From: a virus
Direction: 5' to 3' (one strand)
Virus record (IMG/VR): IMGVR_UViG_3300044730_000851
Location: 1-64,000 of that record
Length of the DNA stretch: 64,000 bases
The notes under the pieces: model-generated
What the model was told of the DNA's origin: nothing
Seen by the model: the letters and a program-made list of their open reading frames with translations, nothing else
Database searches by the model: none
Program-made: the position numbers and the translations under genes
Shown here: one piece after another, positions 36,744-46,989 of the stretch
How positions within the stretch are numbered: the stretch's first letter is position 1
Layout: each line of letters starts with the position of its first letter

Positions 36744-37994
36744 TCATACTGCGACCCACCTGAAGGCATTGACGAGGTCGGAAGTCTTCCCCTCCACGGG
36801 GATCGTTTGATTGCGCTTCAACTGCGCTGATCGCTCGCGCCCAAGCCTGGACCGGCCGCCTCTGTCTGTGGGCAGAGGGATCGTCCGTAGGTCCTGAGGC
36901 CTTCCTTCCGAAGAATCTGAGAGGCTGTCCGTGGCGACGACACAGGTGCACGTATAGGTCGACGCTTCCCCAACGGGGAATTCGTGAACGACCGACTTGG
37001 TGACCCACCAACCTGAAGTCATGGTGTTCTGGAGGTCCAGGTAGACGGGGGCGTACGGCTTCAGTAATGGAGTTCCGGCGCACACCAGATTCGCGTCTAG
37101 GGCCAGGAGTCCGTTCTCGGCCACTCCCTGGGCCAACTTCTTGGCCTCCATTCGAGTGTGGGCTACCTTTCCTTTGACCGTCCGCACGTTTCGCGATGTC
37201 ACCTTGCGCCGCCTCTTGGTCGCTGACCCGGGCTTGGCGGACTCCACGGATTCGGCAGCCCCAACCGGGCTCAGCGAGTAGGCGGTGGCGGGATCCCCTG
37301 TGTAGAGACCGTTCTCGTTGGCGAGTCCGGCGGCCATCGTGAACGAGTCGACGCCCACGGTGTGCTTGAGGGCCCTGGCGTCTAGCCCCCCAAGACTCAT
37401 CGCCGTGGCCACGGGTGCCGCGTTGTAGCCAGCCTCAACCAGGGTCGATATTGGGGCGCAATAGAGGTTGACACCGTCTACCCAAAGTCCGTACCCGAGG
37501 GGACCAGTCAACTTTAGGAGGAATTCCCAGTACGACTCACCGTTCATGGTGGTGGTTGGTCTGCGAAATGAACCTGGCTCCACAATTGGGTTCAGTCTGA
37601 ACTGCTTAGCGACGTCGACCACGATGTCCGACACTGACTTGTTGATCCAGGTCCTTTGGGCCGTCAGCCGGAGCGCTTTGGACGCCCCTGCGACGATGAG
37701 GTCGAAGTCGTAGTAGGAGTCCCGCTTCATGTGCGGCCGCACGTAGGAGACGTACCCGAAGAACTTACCGCGGGGACTGAATTGTGAGGACCATTCGATC
37801 TCCACCGGAGTCCCCGGGGCCAGTGTGGACTTCCAGTTGACTAGACGGGAGCGAAATCGGACAGTCGCCAGGTCGTGCATTCGGGCAGACTGCTCAATAC
37901 GAAGACCCCTTGCCGTGAGCGCACCGCTATCGAAGGCCGCTTCCGGCAGAGTCACCCGAAACCGACCACGTTCGGTCAGGCCGCGTGTCTTCAC
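36744..37994 (-). CDS. Baseplate hub (gpD/late control D-like)
   Basis: SVSDIVVDVA...ESYWEFLLKL...GWWVTKSVVH; GTG 37994 overlaps the upstream TGA. Confidence 0.75.
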   Translation of the reverse strand: MKTRGLTERGRFRVTLPEAAFDSGALTARGLRIEQSARMHDLATVRFRSRLVNWKSTLAPGTPVEIEWSSQFSPRGKFFGYVSYVRPHMKRDSYYDFDLIVAGASKALRLTAQRTWINKSVSDIVVDVAKQFRLNPIVEPGSFRRPTTTMNGESYWEFLLKLTGPLGYGLWVDGVNLYCAPISTLVEAGYNAAPVATAMSLGGLDARALKHTVGVDSFTMAAGLANENGLYTGDPATAYSLSPVGAAESVESAKPGSATKRRRKVTSRNVRTVKGKVAHTRMEAKKLAQGVAENGLLALDANLVCAGTPLLKPYAPVYLDLQNTMTSGWWVTKSVVHEFPVGEASTYTCTCVVATDSLSDSSEGRPQDLRTIPLPTDRGGRSRLGRERSAQLKRNQTIPVEGKTSDLVNAFRWVAV

Positions 37995-38269
37995 GGTAGA
38001 TCCAGCCTGATACCGGGACGAAGGTCCAGTGGGTTGAGCACACTCCCATTGGTATCGAGCACGCGCCACCAGTTGCTCGGATCTCCGTACTCGCGCGCAC
38101 CTAGGAGATCCAGCCTGTCACCAGCCCTCCAGTTGTAGCGTCGAGTGGGGATGTCCTGGTCGCTGAGGGCGTCCACCGGGCGCATTACTGAAAGCGTGCT
38201 GTTGGATCTACGCCTCGTCACGACGGGAAAAACCTCAGCGTCCTCGTATCGGCTGCCGACTACGATCAT
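37991..38269 (-). CDS. LysM/gpX-like baseplate protein
   Basis: GDRLDLLGAREYGDPSNWWRVLDTN...L.PG..L.LP. Confidence 0.85.
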   Translation of the reverse strand: MIVVGSRYEDAEVFPVVTRRRSNSTLSVMRPVDALSDQDIPTRRYNWRAGDRLDLLGAREYGDPSNWWRVLDTNGSVLNPLDLRPGIRLDLP

Positions 38270-38273
38270 AAGT

Positions 38274-39806
38274 TCACCCGTTTCCTGATTGTGAGTACTG
38301 AACCGAGTCCGGCATGCGCGTGAAGGTAATGCTGACGGTCGTGAACATCGGGACCATGTCCTGCGTGAACGCGTTGTGCGTGTATTGCAGACCTGTCAGT
38401 CGACCGGTGTACCGCATGCCGCCGCCAAGGCTCAACATCATTGGGAGTCCGACAACCACTCCTAGGTCGGCTGTGGCCCCGCGCAGTTGGGTTACCCAGG
38501 GCCGACCAAGAGCAGTTCTGAACAGGAACTCCAAGTCATAGCCCGTACCTCGCTTAAGAATTCCCTGCAGATCTTCCTGCGGTAGTTCCCGACCCGCGTA
38601 GAGGCTTCTCCACGATTTGACCGTATTGCTCCCGGTCTTCTTCAGCAGAGACATGTCCTCGATTCGGTTGAGGTACAGGTTGAAACTGACAGACGCGCCT
38701 TCCGCGGCCACTGGGTACGCTTTATCCTTACCGGATAGCAGTAGTGCCGGGTCGAGCCCCTCGACAGGCATAGTTCCGAAACCAATTTCCGACGGGTTGT
38801 AGTGGAATCTGAATCCGTACTCAATTTTGGGGTCAAGTACTGAGGCGTCGGCATCCCAAGAGTCTGTCTTCTTGGGCTTGCCCTTCTTGTCGTACTGGGT
38901 CGTTACGGAACCGGTCCCTCCGGTGATCTTCCACTCGTTCTCGTTGATGATGTACTGACGGATGAGTCCTTTACGCATACGTCGCTGCCAGATGGTCCCG
39001 CTACCTAGAATGTCATTGCGACTAGTGGGTTCCGTGGGATCAAAGGCCCCATCCACGCTCACTCCAACGTACGCACCGGTTGCCGTGCTGATGAGTGGCG
39101 GGTTGGTGCGCAACTTGCGCTTCTTTGGCGGGCTGAATCCAACGTCCTTGTCTTCCTCTGTGGTCTCGTCATCCGTGGTCGACGTACCGTCTGGAGTCGT
39201 CTGGGCACCGCCTCCTGTGGAGGGGTTGTTGTCGTACCCAAACGGGTTGGTGGTGGGGAACGGGGTAGCCCCGCCAGGGCCTCTCCCAGGAGTTCCACTA
39301 CCCGTGCCTCCACCAACACCCGTCCAGCCGAAGTCCTGAGGGGACACACCCCCGTTGGGTGACGTTCCTACGGGGTATCCGCTCCCTCTGATAGGCAAAG
39401 CGCGGGGGAGGCTGACGCCCAATGCCGGGATTTTAGTTCCTGCCGGTATTGACTGAGTAGGCGTTGGTGGGCCAGCGGGCGTCGGGATTTCTCTGGCATC
39501 GCCAACGGCCCCCCAACCGTTAGTTCCCGGCGGGGCCATCGGGCCGGGGCTACTCCACCGGACTTCCCGGTAAAAGTACCTGAACTCGTACTGCCATCCA
39601 CCCGCAGCATCTTTGAGGTAGACGTCATAGAAGATCTCGTACCAGATGCCCCAGGAGGGAATTGTACCCGTTTGTGGCAGCGTCACCTGCAAACGAAGCC
39701 CTGGTGCCACCTTTCCTGTCGGTCCGCTGGAGGCAAATCCAATACGAACACCTGTGGCTACGCGTCCTGATCCACCCGCGTCGCCCGTCTTGGGGTAACT
39801 GCTCAC
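38274..39806 (-). CDS. Tail tube initiator-like protein with Pro/Gly-rich N-terminal half
   Basis: FRFHYNPSEI...VSFNLYLNR C-terminal domain; lies between tape measure and LysM genes. Confidence 0.6.
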   Translation of the reverse strand: MSSYPKTGDAGGSGRVATGVRIGFASSGPTGKVAPGLRLQVTLPQTGTIPSWGIWYEIFYDVYLKDAAGGWQYEFRYFYREVRWSSPGPMAPPGTNGWGAVGDAREIPTPAGPPTPTQSIPAGTKIPALGVSLPRALPIRGSGYPVGTSPNGGVSPQDFGWTGVGGGTGSGTPGRGPGGATPFPTTNPFGYDNNPSTGGGAQTTPDGTSTTDDETTEEDKDVGFSPPKKRKLRTNPPLISTATGAYVGVSVDGAFDPTEPTSRNDILGSGTIWQRRMRKGLIRQYIINENEWKITGGTGSVTTQYDKKGKPKKTDSWDADASVLDPKIEYGFRFHYNPSEIGFGTMPVEGLDPALLLSGKDKAYPVAAEGASVSFNLYLNRIEDMSLLKKTGSNTVKSWRSLYAGRELPQEDLQGILKRGTGYDLEFLFRTALGRPWVTQLRGATADLGVVVGLPMMLSLGGGMRYTGRLTGLQYTHNAFTQDMVPMFTTVSITFTRMPDSVQYSQSGNG

Positions 39807-39858
39807 GTCATCCCCCGTCGGCGTGGTCGACTATTGACTCTAAAACTTGTCATATCGA

Positions 39859-40059
39859 CTAAGACCCCCTTGCGTTGGTCAAGTCTCCGGGGAACTCGTA
39901 CAGGTAGTCGCTGGCGACATCGGTTCCAAGTTTGGCCGCGGAAGACGCGTCGGCGTTTGCGGCGGCGCGCCAGTACTCTGTGGACTCCTGGCGGTAGTGC
40001 ACAACAGACGACGGACGCAACGGCCGCAGAAAAGACTTGTCGATCTCTGACGTGATCAC
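39859..40059 (-). CDS. hypothetical protein
   Basis: 66 aa ORF 2 nt after the tape measure stop. Confidence 0.45.
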   Translation of the reverse strand: MITSEIDKSFLRPLRPSSVVHYRQESTEYWRAAANADASSAAKLGTDVASDYLYEFPGDLTNARGS

Positions 40060-40061
40060 TG

Positions 40062-43000
40062 TCAGGCGCTCCTCACTGCTGTTGCCCAGTTGTCTTCTTC
40101 CATCAACTTCTTTACCCTTCGTGCGAAGCGTTCGGCCTCTTCATCGCTGGCGCGCTCGATCTTGAGGTTGATGTTGACGGTTTGCTGGCCACCGCTTCCG
40201 GGCCCTGAGGCACTTCGCATCATCTGTCGGAACTGCTCAGCGACTGTCGCAGGAAGAACCATTTCGCCTTCGTGCAGTTTGGCTACACCTTCGTGCGTTC
40301 GGTAGGCACCCTCGGAGTACCCGTGGACATTGATCTTTTCGTAGGCGCTCAAGTACGTCGCGTCATTGCGTTCCGTGGCGGGGCCGTAGGTGTTTGCCCA
40401 GTTGCTGCTGCCCGGCCTGTCCCAAGTTGACCAATCGATGTAAGAGAATCCTCGGCTTGTCGTTCCGGTGATTCCCCAGTCGGTCCATTTGGTGAAGTTG
40501 TTACTGAAGTTCCTCAGCATCTCGAAGTTGTTGTCCGGGTCGACCATGGTGCTCATGTCACCGTTGAATTGCGCTCTGACCTTTGCAAGATGTTGGCTGT
40601 TGATCTGGAACAGCCCGACGTCGTAGTACCCTCCCCGCCAGTACTCCGAGCCTAGATTCATATCGTCAGGGATCTTTGGGTACTCGAAACGTCCTCGGGA
40701 CATGGCCGCAATCAGGTTTGGGGTGCCTCCCGACTCGCGTCGCCCGATGGTCCACACGGTCTTCAGTTGGTCTCCCCGCAGCCCCTTCGCGACCAGGAAG
40801 TCGTAGAGCCACTTGTCTCCGGCTCCAGATCCAGGGCTTGAGTGCGACGTGGTTGAGTTGCTGGAAGAGTTCCCTGTTGATTCCTCTTTGTCGCCAACTT
40901 GACTGGAGGAGACACCAGCAACGGCGCCCATGATGCTGGCGGCCTTGAGACCAAACCAAGAGAATCCGCCACGACCGACTCCTAGGCCAGAAGCGCCTCC
41001 GCTGAAGGAAGAGAATCCATTGACTGTCGCGCGTCCTCCCCGCAGCCCCCCGAGAAGTGTCAGAATTCCCGCCGATCCGTTGGACCGCATCGTGCCTTCT
41101 GGAGTTTCAGCAACCGGCGTCGACGACGGCCCCGGACCGCTTTCCCCTGGGGTGTGCCCGCCAACGCCCCATGTCTTTGGATCACGGATCTCGAAGTGCA
41201 TTTGGTCGGCAGCGCCCCCGGACCACTCGCCGCCCCACTCCAATTTTGAGAACCGCTGGAGGAGGGAGTTGACTGCGCTGAGTTCCTCCTTCGTCATGTT
41301 GGTAGTCCCAAGCGGGTACAGATCTGCTCGGAGGTCAATAGCAACTCCGGCTGAGTGGTTACTGATGCCACCTAGGGGACTTTCACGGAGTGAGTGCCCG
41401 CCCGACCATCCCTTGTTGAGGTCTGAGCGGCCCCCTCCTAGCGCGGGGTGTGCCTGCCAGGCGGCAGCGAGATCAGCAAGGTACTGGCCTATTCCGTCGG
41501 CTTCCCTGAGGGAGAGTCCTCCAGTTTCGATACCAGGAGCGCCAGGAACTGAGTACTTCTTGAGGCTGGTGTCGCCGTAGTCCACGGCGGTCCATCCGTC
41601 CAGGGTGGCCTGTCCGGCAAGGCCACCTCCTGCGAAGTGCCGGGTTGGGCTTGCGAAGCCTGACCCGAAGTTGTGACCTACTGAGTTGAGCGCGTTCAGT
41701 CGATCGACGCCGATCGCCTGCGCCGCCCGCGCGTTGATGACGTACTCACCTCGCGACAGCATGGCCGGGATGCTGTCTGAGGTACTGGTACCGACCGCGG
41801 CAGATATGTCTCCGCCCGCGGAGAAGCCTAGGAGTGACTTGAGTCCACCGAACACGCCTCCTGAGAGGAAGCCCATGATCGGTGACAGTTCTCCTAGGCT
41901 GCTGAGGGTCTGAAACGCTCCCTTGAGGTTCATCATGAAGTCGATGAACATGTTTCCGCTGTCAACGACTGATGTGATGACGTCGTTCATCCTGACGGCC
42001 GTATAGGCCATAGAGCGGTAGCCTTCAAGGAGATCTTCGGTTGACGCATCAATGGCGTTGCCCCGGCTGCTCTGTAGGGCCATATTGGTGAGTCCGGGGT
42101 CGTTCTCCGGTGTGAGGCCCGCCCCGGTAGCCGCTCCCATGGCGCTGCGAGTACCGGGGGCCATCGGCATCTTGGCAGCCCCGCCACCGTAGTTGCCGAG
42201 GTCTGAGTAGTCCAGGCGATCGCCGTTCTGCTGGGCCTTCATCAGAAGTGCTTGGGTGATCTGCTCCCGCAGTTCGGGAACGTCACCGAAGTTCTTGTTA
42301 ATGAATACCCCGAGCCAGCCACCGCGGATACTGGCCGCGACGCTCTCGTAGGGAATGGCACGGTTGGAACTGCCGTAGTGCCTGGACCAAATCTGATCAA
42401 CAAGGGCACCCAGACCTCGGGCGTTGCCCGTCTGGAAGTCTGAGACGTAGATGTTGTACTTGGCCATCCGGCTTGCGATGCTTCCGGAGTTCATGCTGGC
42501 TTGAGCCACCGCTGCGGTGGCGTTGTCTTGGCCGAAGATCGCAGACGTCACGGCGGTCTCGCGCATGACACGGCTGAAGTTTCCAGTTCCCTGGCCCTGA
42601 CCGGTCATCGTGAAGATGTTGGCGGCGGTCATCATCCCGAAGGGATCCGTCTGCATGTTCCCGAACAGCGCCTTGGAGTCCTTGTAGTAGTTCTGGTTGT
42701 AGCCGTTAGGGCCGAGGAATGAAGCCCGGAACTTCAATCGCTGTGCGACGTACGCGTCCTCGACCCCGGGGGTGACGTTGTAGGCGAACGTTGCAGCCGC
42801 CGCACCTGTTAGTGCCGCCGCCCGGGCCCATCCGGGCAGGCCCGACCCGCCGCTCGACTCGGAGTACTGCGCGGTGTATTTGGACATTCCAGCACCAGGC
42901 GGGCCTCCTCCGGTTGCGGAAGAGGTGACTCCGCCCAGTTGGGAACCAGGGCTCGGGGGAGGTGTGCTGAACGTGGGGGTCGGCGTGCCGTTGGCGGATC

Positions 43001-43160
43001 GCCCACCTTTACCGGGGCCTCCAGATACTGCCCCGACCGCCTTGGAATACGCCGTCGCGCCTTTGTCAATCTCCTTCTGGACCTTCTGGATGTCCTTGAG
43101 TTGGTTGAGGATCTTGGCAAGGTCTGCAGAGACATCACCTAGTGACTCCCGTAGTCCCAT
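40062..43160 (-). CDS. Tape measure protein with M15-like peptidase and lysozyme/transglycosylase-like domains
   Basis: Follows chaperones; SDSIPAMLSRGEYVINA; SNHSAGVAIDL...WGG.W...DQMHFE; RESGG...GLFQIN. Confidence 0.85.
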   Translation of the reverse strand: MGLRESLGDVSADLAKILNQLKDIQKVQKEIDKGATAYSKAVGAVSGGPGKGGRSANGTPTPTFSTPPPSPGSQLGGVTSSATGGGPPGAGMSKYTAQYSESSGGSGLPGWARAAALTGAAAATFAYNVTPGVEDAYVAQRLKFRASFLGPNGYNQNYYKDSKALFGNMQTDPFGMMTAANIFTMTGQGQGTGNFSRVMRETAVTSAIFGQDNATAAVAQASMNSGSIASRMAKYNIYVSDFQTGNARGLGALVDQIWSRHYGSSNRAIPYESVAASIRGGWLGVFINKNFGDVPELREQITQALLMKAQQNGDRLDYSDLGNYGGGAAKMPMAPGTRSAMGAATGAGLTPENDPGLTNMALQSSRGNAIDASTEDLLEGYRSMAYTAVRMNDVITSVVDSGNMFIDFMMNLKGAFQTLSSLGELSPIMGFLSGGVFGGLKSLLGFSAGGDISAAVGTSTSDSIPAMLSRGEYVINARAAQAIGVDRLNALNSVGHNFGSGFASPTRHFAGGGLAGQATLDGWTAVDYGDTSLKKYSVPGAPGIETGGLSLREADGIGQYLADLAAAWQAHPALGGGRSDLNKGWSGGHSLRESPLGGISNHSAGVAIDLRADLYPLGTTNMTKEELSAVNSLLQRFSKLEWGGEWSGGAADQMHFEIRDPKTWGVGGHTPGESGPGPSSTPVAETPEGTMRSNGSAGILTLLGGLRGGRATVNGFSSFSGGASGLGVGRGGFSWFGLKAASIMGAVAGVSSSQVGDKEESTGNSSSNSTTSHSSPGSGAGDKWLYDFLVAKGLRGDQLKTVWTIGRRESGGTPNLIAAMSRGRFEYPKIPDDMNLGSEYWRGGYYDVGLFQINSQHLAKVRAQFNGDMSTMVDPDNNFEMLRNFSNNFTKWTDWGITGTTSRGFSYIDWSTWDRPGSSNWANTYGPATERNDATYLSAYEKINVHGYSEGAYRTHEGVAKLHEGEMVLPATVAEQFRQMMRSASGPGSGGQQTVNINLKIERASDEEAERFARRVKKLMEEDNWATAVRSA

Positions 43161-43319
43161 TCCTCACCCCTCCCTTCTGGGGACTGCTGACGTGATGGCG
43201 TTGAATCTCTCTCTCGGAGTCAAATCGAGGATCTCGTTCCTCGTCCAACCCGGGTAGAGTTTCGACAGCGCCGTGATGACGGTGTGCAACTCTCTGTACT
43301 TCTTGGCCCTCGACTCGCT
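43139..43319 (-). CDS. Second tail-assembly chaperone segment (T4 gp51/gpGT-like), probably frameshift-expressed
   Basis: +1 frame after the chaperone stop reads SESRAKKYRELHTVITALSKLYPGWTRNEILDLTPRERFNAITS...*; no ATG. Confidence 0.6.
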
Positions 43320-43320
43320 G

Positions 43321-44136
43321 CTAGAACTGAAACAGGGCCGCTAGCGACAGCGGAACCTCCAGTTCGGTCTCACACTCCGGACAGTTCTTGACGACATCTT
43401 GAAGTCGCGGGCCAGGAGTTCTCTTGGCGATCTCCTCAGCCACCGTGCGACGGTCCTTGATGGACAGCGCCAGTACGTCGGCCTCACCCAGCACAGGTCG
43501 TCCATTGACTTCAATAACCGTGTTGGCCAGGAGAATCGTCGACAGTTCGGCGTACGTCTTGTTCCCGGCTTCCTGCAGCGCCTTTTGTGTGACGCCCGTG
43601 GGAAGGGTTGCCCGGATGACTCCAGCCTTGCCCTTGACCTCGAAGTAGACCTCAGATGGGTCGTCCAACTTCTTGACGGGGACGTCGTTGTCTACGTCGA
43701 TGGTGATGTCCACTTCGGATTCGCAGCCGGGGCAGTACCGCGTGAGTCCGATCTCTGATCCGAAGGTGACGGAGAAGACCTTCAGGAGTGCAAAGTCGCG
43801 ATCCCCAGAGAGCATCGCGTTGAGGAGTTCTTTGCTGCTCTCGGTGTCGCCCACACGGACGATCCCGCGTAAGAGGATGGCCTCGGAGATAGCGCTTGGG
43901 GTTTTGGCTCGGGAGATGATCTGCTCGTCGCGTCCCGTGAGTTCTCGAACCTCGATCTCAGTCTGAAGCGGTGAGCCGGGAATACTGAGTCCAGCGGGAA
44001 GTTCGAACACAGTTTCCGGGGGAACTACGATCTCGTCGTTCTGGTCCTCGATCTCGTCGTCAACGGGCTCCGCGAGAACGGACTGGATCATTTCGTTGAC
44101 GAGGTCAGGGTTCTCATCGGCTTTGATGGTCGGCAC
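43321..44136 (-). CDS. Tail assembly chaperone / T4 gp26-like hub assembly protein
   Basis: VRELTGRDE...GDRDFALL...CPGC...CPEC; between tube and tape measure. Confidence 0.75.
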   Translation of the reverse strand: MPTIKADENPDLVNEMIQSVLAEPVDDEIEDQNDEIVVPPETVFELPAGLSIPGSPLQTEIEVRELTGRDEQIISRAKTPSAISEAILLRGIVRVGDTESSKELLNAMLSGDRDFALLKVFSVTFGSEIGLTRYCPGCESEVDITIDVDNDVPVKKLDDPSEVYFEVKGKAGVIRATLPTGVTQKALQEAGNKTYAELSTILLANTVIEVNGRPVLGEADVLALSIKDRRTVAEEIAKRTPGPRLQDVVKNCPECETELEVPLSLAALFQF

Positions 44137-44157
44137 TGTTTCTCCAAATGATTGCTG

Positions 44158-44811
44158 TTACGGGTTTCCAAAATTGGGTGCTGATAGGACTAGGCCGCGC
44201 TCGGTGACGCTGCCCCATTCCACGTCGAGGCCCTCATGCACAAGGGTCATGCGCTCGACCATGAGTGCGTTGTCGCCTGCATTCAGGTCTGAGTAGACGA
44301 CGCTGGAGGGCCAGGCGTTGTACAGACGAAACCGCATGACGACCTTGTCGTCGTACGCGGCCTCAGCGCTACTGGATTCCGCCCGGAACCCGCCGCCGCC
44401 GTAGGGTACGGGTGTTTGTAGTACGGAGATGTGTACGTCGGACCGGAAGAGAACTTTGTTTCCCGAACCGCGACCCTGGACAACTCTGAGTAGCATCCGC
44501 ATCCAGTCCCAGTTCTGACGACTTCCGATCAGCACTCCCCGGTCCAGTTGGATCGCAGAGAAGTCGACCTGGGTCGGCACCTGGTGCAGTGTCGTGTTGT
44601 AACCGCCCTCGCGGATAGAGACGACATTTACGTTAAACGACAGACCGCTGACGCTGGTGAAGCCCATCATCCCGACAGGCTTCAACCAGGGCGTCGTCGT
44701 GCGGTCCGGCTGCTGAGGGTAAAAGTGCACCAGGAACCGGTAGTTGCCGATGGGGTCAGTGGTCGTGGAGCGGAACGCTCCAGAACCACCTGCACGACCA
44801 CTGACCGCCAT
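44158..44811 (-). CDS. Tail tube protein 2 (T4 gp19-like)
   Basis: DPIGNYRF, GFTSVSGL, REGG, LYNAWP, LVHEG. Confidence 0.88.
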   Translation of the reverse strand: MAVSGRAGGSGAFRSTTTDPIGNYRFLVHFYPQQPDRTTTPWLKPVGMMGFTSVSGLSFNVNVVSIREGGYNTTLHQVPTQVDFSAIQLDRGVLIGSRQNWDWMRMLLRVVQGRGSGNKVLFRSDVHISVLQTPVPYGGGGFRAESSSAEAAYDDKVVMRFRLYNAWPSSVVYSDLNAGDNALMVERMTLVHEGLDVEWGSVTERGLVLSAPNFGNP

Positions 44812-44827
44812 CGATCTAGTTCCTTAC

Positions 44828-45472
44828 CTAGTTTCCTACGGGCGTGAACCCGCCGTCCTCGGAGACGCGTGCCCAGGCGACATCGAATCCCTCATGCACG
44901 ACCGTCAACTGCTCCACGATGAGAGCGTTGTCACCGGCGTTCAGATCCGAGTACGCCACAGAAGTGGGCCACGCGTTGAAGATCGTGAAACGCATAGCGA
45001 CCTTCTCGTCGGTTACAGACGCGTCGTTGGCATTGACGGCGGAACCGGCTTGGTAGCCCTGAGTCTTGGACGCGTACCGAACGGGGTGCGCCAGGACATC
45101 GATCTGCACGTTGAACCGGAACGACGTCTTGGCACTGAGTGCTCCCTGGGCGCTGTTGTCGTTTACCCGGAAGAGCATTTCCATCCACTGCCAGTTCTGC
45201 TTGCTTCCCAGAACGACACCGCGCTGGAAGGTGATCGGAGAAAACGTGGTCTGGCCCGGGATCTGCCGAACCGTGGTGTTGTGATGACCCTCGCGGTACG
45301 GAATCGACTCGGTGGAGATGTTAAGTCCGGACACGGATGTGAACCCGATCTTGGGGTCGGGCTGCATTTGCCCGGTCTTTTCGGTCCCTAGCGGGAAGAA
45401 CGTGGCGAGGAACCGAAAGTTGCGGATCGGATCAGTGGCGAGACGACCGCGCTCGTACGTTGATGCTGCCAT
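44828..45472 (-). CDS. Tail tube protein 1 (T4 gp19-like)
   Basis: DPIRNFRF, GFTSVSGL, YREG, FNAWPT, VVHEG. Confidence 0.9.
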   Translation of the reverse strand: MAASTYERGRLATDPIRNFRFLATFFPLGTEKTGQMQPDPKIGFTSVSGLNISTESIPYREGHHNTTVRQIPGQTTFSPITFQRGVVLGSKQNWQWMEMLFRVNDNSAQGALSAKTSFRFNVQIDVLAHPVRYASKTQGYQAGSAVNANDASVTDEKVAMRFTIFNAWPTSVAYSDLNAGDNALIVEQLTVVHEGFDVAWARVSEDGGFTPVGN

Positions 45473-45487
45473 GGTTACCTATTCCTT

Positions 45488-46969
45488 TCAGGCGATCGTT
45501 CGCTGGGTCAACTTGATCTTGATGAACTCAGCCGGGTACTGCAGAGCGACCCCGACCTCGACGTTGACGACACCGCTGGCGATATCGGTGGCGTTGTTGT
45601 TCTCGGCGTCGACCTTGATGAAGTAGGCCTCCGACGGAGAGTTGCCGCGCAGTCCGCCATCGGTGAAGAACCCACGGAGGAAGTTGTCCAGGACCGTCGA
45701 GATCTCGCGCCAAAGGTCCGGGGTGTTGTTGCGGAAGATGGCGAATGCCAAAGCGGCTTCCATCTCTTTACTGAGGAAGTCCACTGTGCGGCGGATGTTG
45801 ATGTACCGCGTGGACCGGCTCTGGTCCATCGTCCTCGCGCCCATAACCACGGGACCGGCACCGGGCATCACCCGAAGGGCATTGACCGGATTGAGATCGT
45901 TGTTAAGTGCGTCCAACTCCTCGTTGGAGAGGCTCTTCTCCAAGGCCACAACACCGGGGATGGTGGCCTGGATCCCTGCGGGCGCCCGGAAGACTCCCTG
46001 TGTGGCATCGGTGCCAAGAATGACACCGGCCACCGCACCGGACGGCGAGACCTTGAGGATGGAGTTCTGCGACGCGGATGTGGTGTCCGCAATCCAGACC
46101 TGTGGGTAGTAGACGCCCAGACGGTCACTGTTGACCAGGGAGTCCGCGTAGGTAACGGCCTGCGCGGCGGTCAAACTGGGTGCTGTATCGGCCACCACGA
46201 AGGACTTGGTGTCCTGAGCGAACTCGACCAGGCTCTCGATGGTGTTGGAGTCGGTGACACCGGGGCAGAAGACTACGAAGGAACGCTCGGTCTCCTTGAG
46301 GCGGTTCAGAGCGGTCGAGTAAGAATACGTACCGGTCGTGCCGTCGCCGCCGCCCGAGAGCGTCAGGGTCGGCAGGTTGGCCGGGAGTACCACGGTGGTG
46401 TCGGAACCCCAGGCGACGTTGATGAACTGAGAGCGGACGTTGATGATGTCGGTGACCTCGGTGTTGCCGTGGGTGCCGACGGGAAGGTTGGTGAACGTCT
46501 CCAGAAGGACATCGTCGGTGATGTCGTTGGCGACACCGGCCTCCTGAAGAACCGCGACGTCGTACAGTCCGCGCGGGTTGATCGTGACGCGGACCCGCAG
46601 GCTGTTTCCGTAGGATCCGGACGACTTGGCCGTGAAGTTGAGGTAGACCTCATTAGCAGTGTTGCCGGCGTCGCTGCCGTCACCGAGGATCGCGGCCGAT
46701 GCGGTTGTGGCGTCGGAGCGGATCAGTCGGTTGACGAACAGTTCGCGACCGCCAGCACGGAAAAACATGTTGGCTGCAAACGTTGCCGGGAAGGAACGGT
46801 TCAGGGGACCGAAGACCTTCGAGAACTGGTACCACGACGTCACCGCAGTCGGTGCCGTGGGGCCAGACGGCAAGATGGCGAGCATGGCGCCGGTGGCTGC
46901 AGCAGGGGACTCCGTTGCCACCGGAACCGCAAGGGTCGTCTCCGTGATGGAGACTCCGGGTCGAGACAT
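45488..46969 (-). CDS. Contractile tail sheath protein
   Basis: MSRPGVSITE, YYPQV, PSGAVAG, GVFRAPAG, GARTM, YINIRR and PAEFI. Confidence 0.95.
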   Translation of the reverse strand: MSRPGVSITETTLAVPVATESPAAATGAMLAILPSGPTAPTAVTSWYQFSKVFGPLNRSFPATFAANMFFRAGGRELFVNRLIRSDATTASAAILGDGSDAGNTANEVYLNFTAKSSGSYGNSLRVRVTINPRGLYDVAVLQEAGVANDITDDVLLETFTNLPVGTHGNTEVTDIINVRSQFINVAWGSDTTVVLPANLPTLTLSGGGDGTTGTYSYSTALNRLKETERSFVVFCPGVTDSNTIESLVEFAQDTKSFVVADTAPSLTAAQAVTYADSLVNSDRLGVYYPQVWIADTTSASQNSILKVSPSGAVAGVILGTDATQGVFRAPAGIQATIPGVVALEKSLSNEELDALNNDLNPVNALRVMPGAGPVVMGARTMDQSRSTRYINIRRTVDFLSKEMEAALAFAIFRNNTPDLWREISTVLDNFLRGFFTDGGLRGNSPSEAYFIKVDAENNNATDIASGVVNVEVGVALQYPAEFIKIKLTQRTIA

Positions 46970-46989
46970 AACTTCTCCTTATCCTTTGG

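Noticed and set aside
8827-36810. Long plus-strand ORFs (e.g. 8827..9738, 33508..34383, 35818..36810)
   Set aside because: They are antisense shadows of well-supported minus-strand genes in high-GC DNA, with no RBS or motifs.
2850-39860. AGTCG(G/A)TAT motif seen at about 2853, 7014-7029 and 39852
   Set aside because: Only three loose instances with inconsistent spacing to starts; it cannot be distinguished from chance.
34400-46969. Extracellular contractile injection system (two tubes, sheath, LysM, gp25)
   Set aside because: Portal, scaffold, capsid and full replication genes are in the same operonic context, so this is a phage tail.
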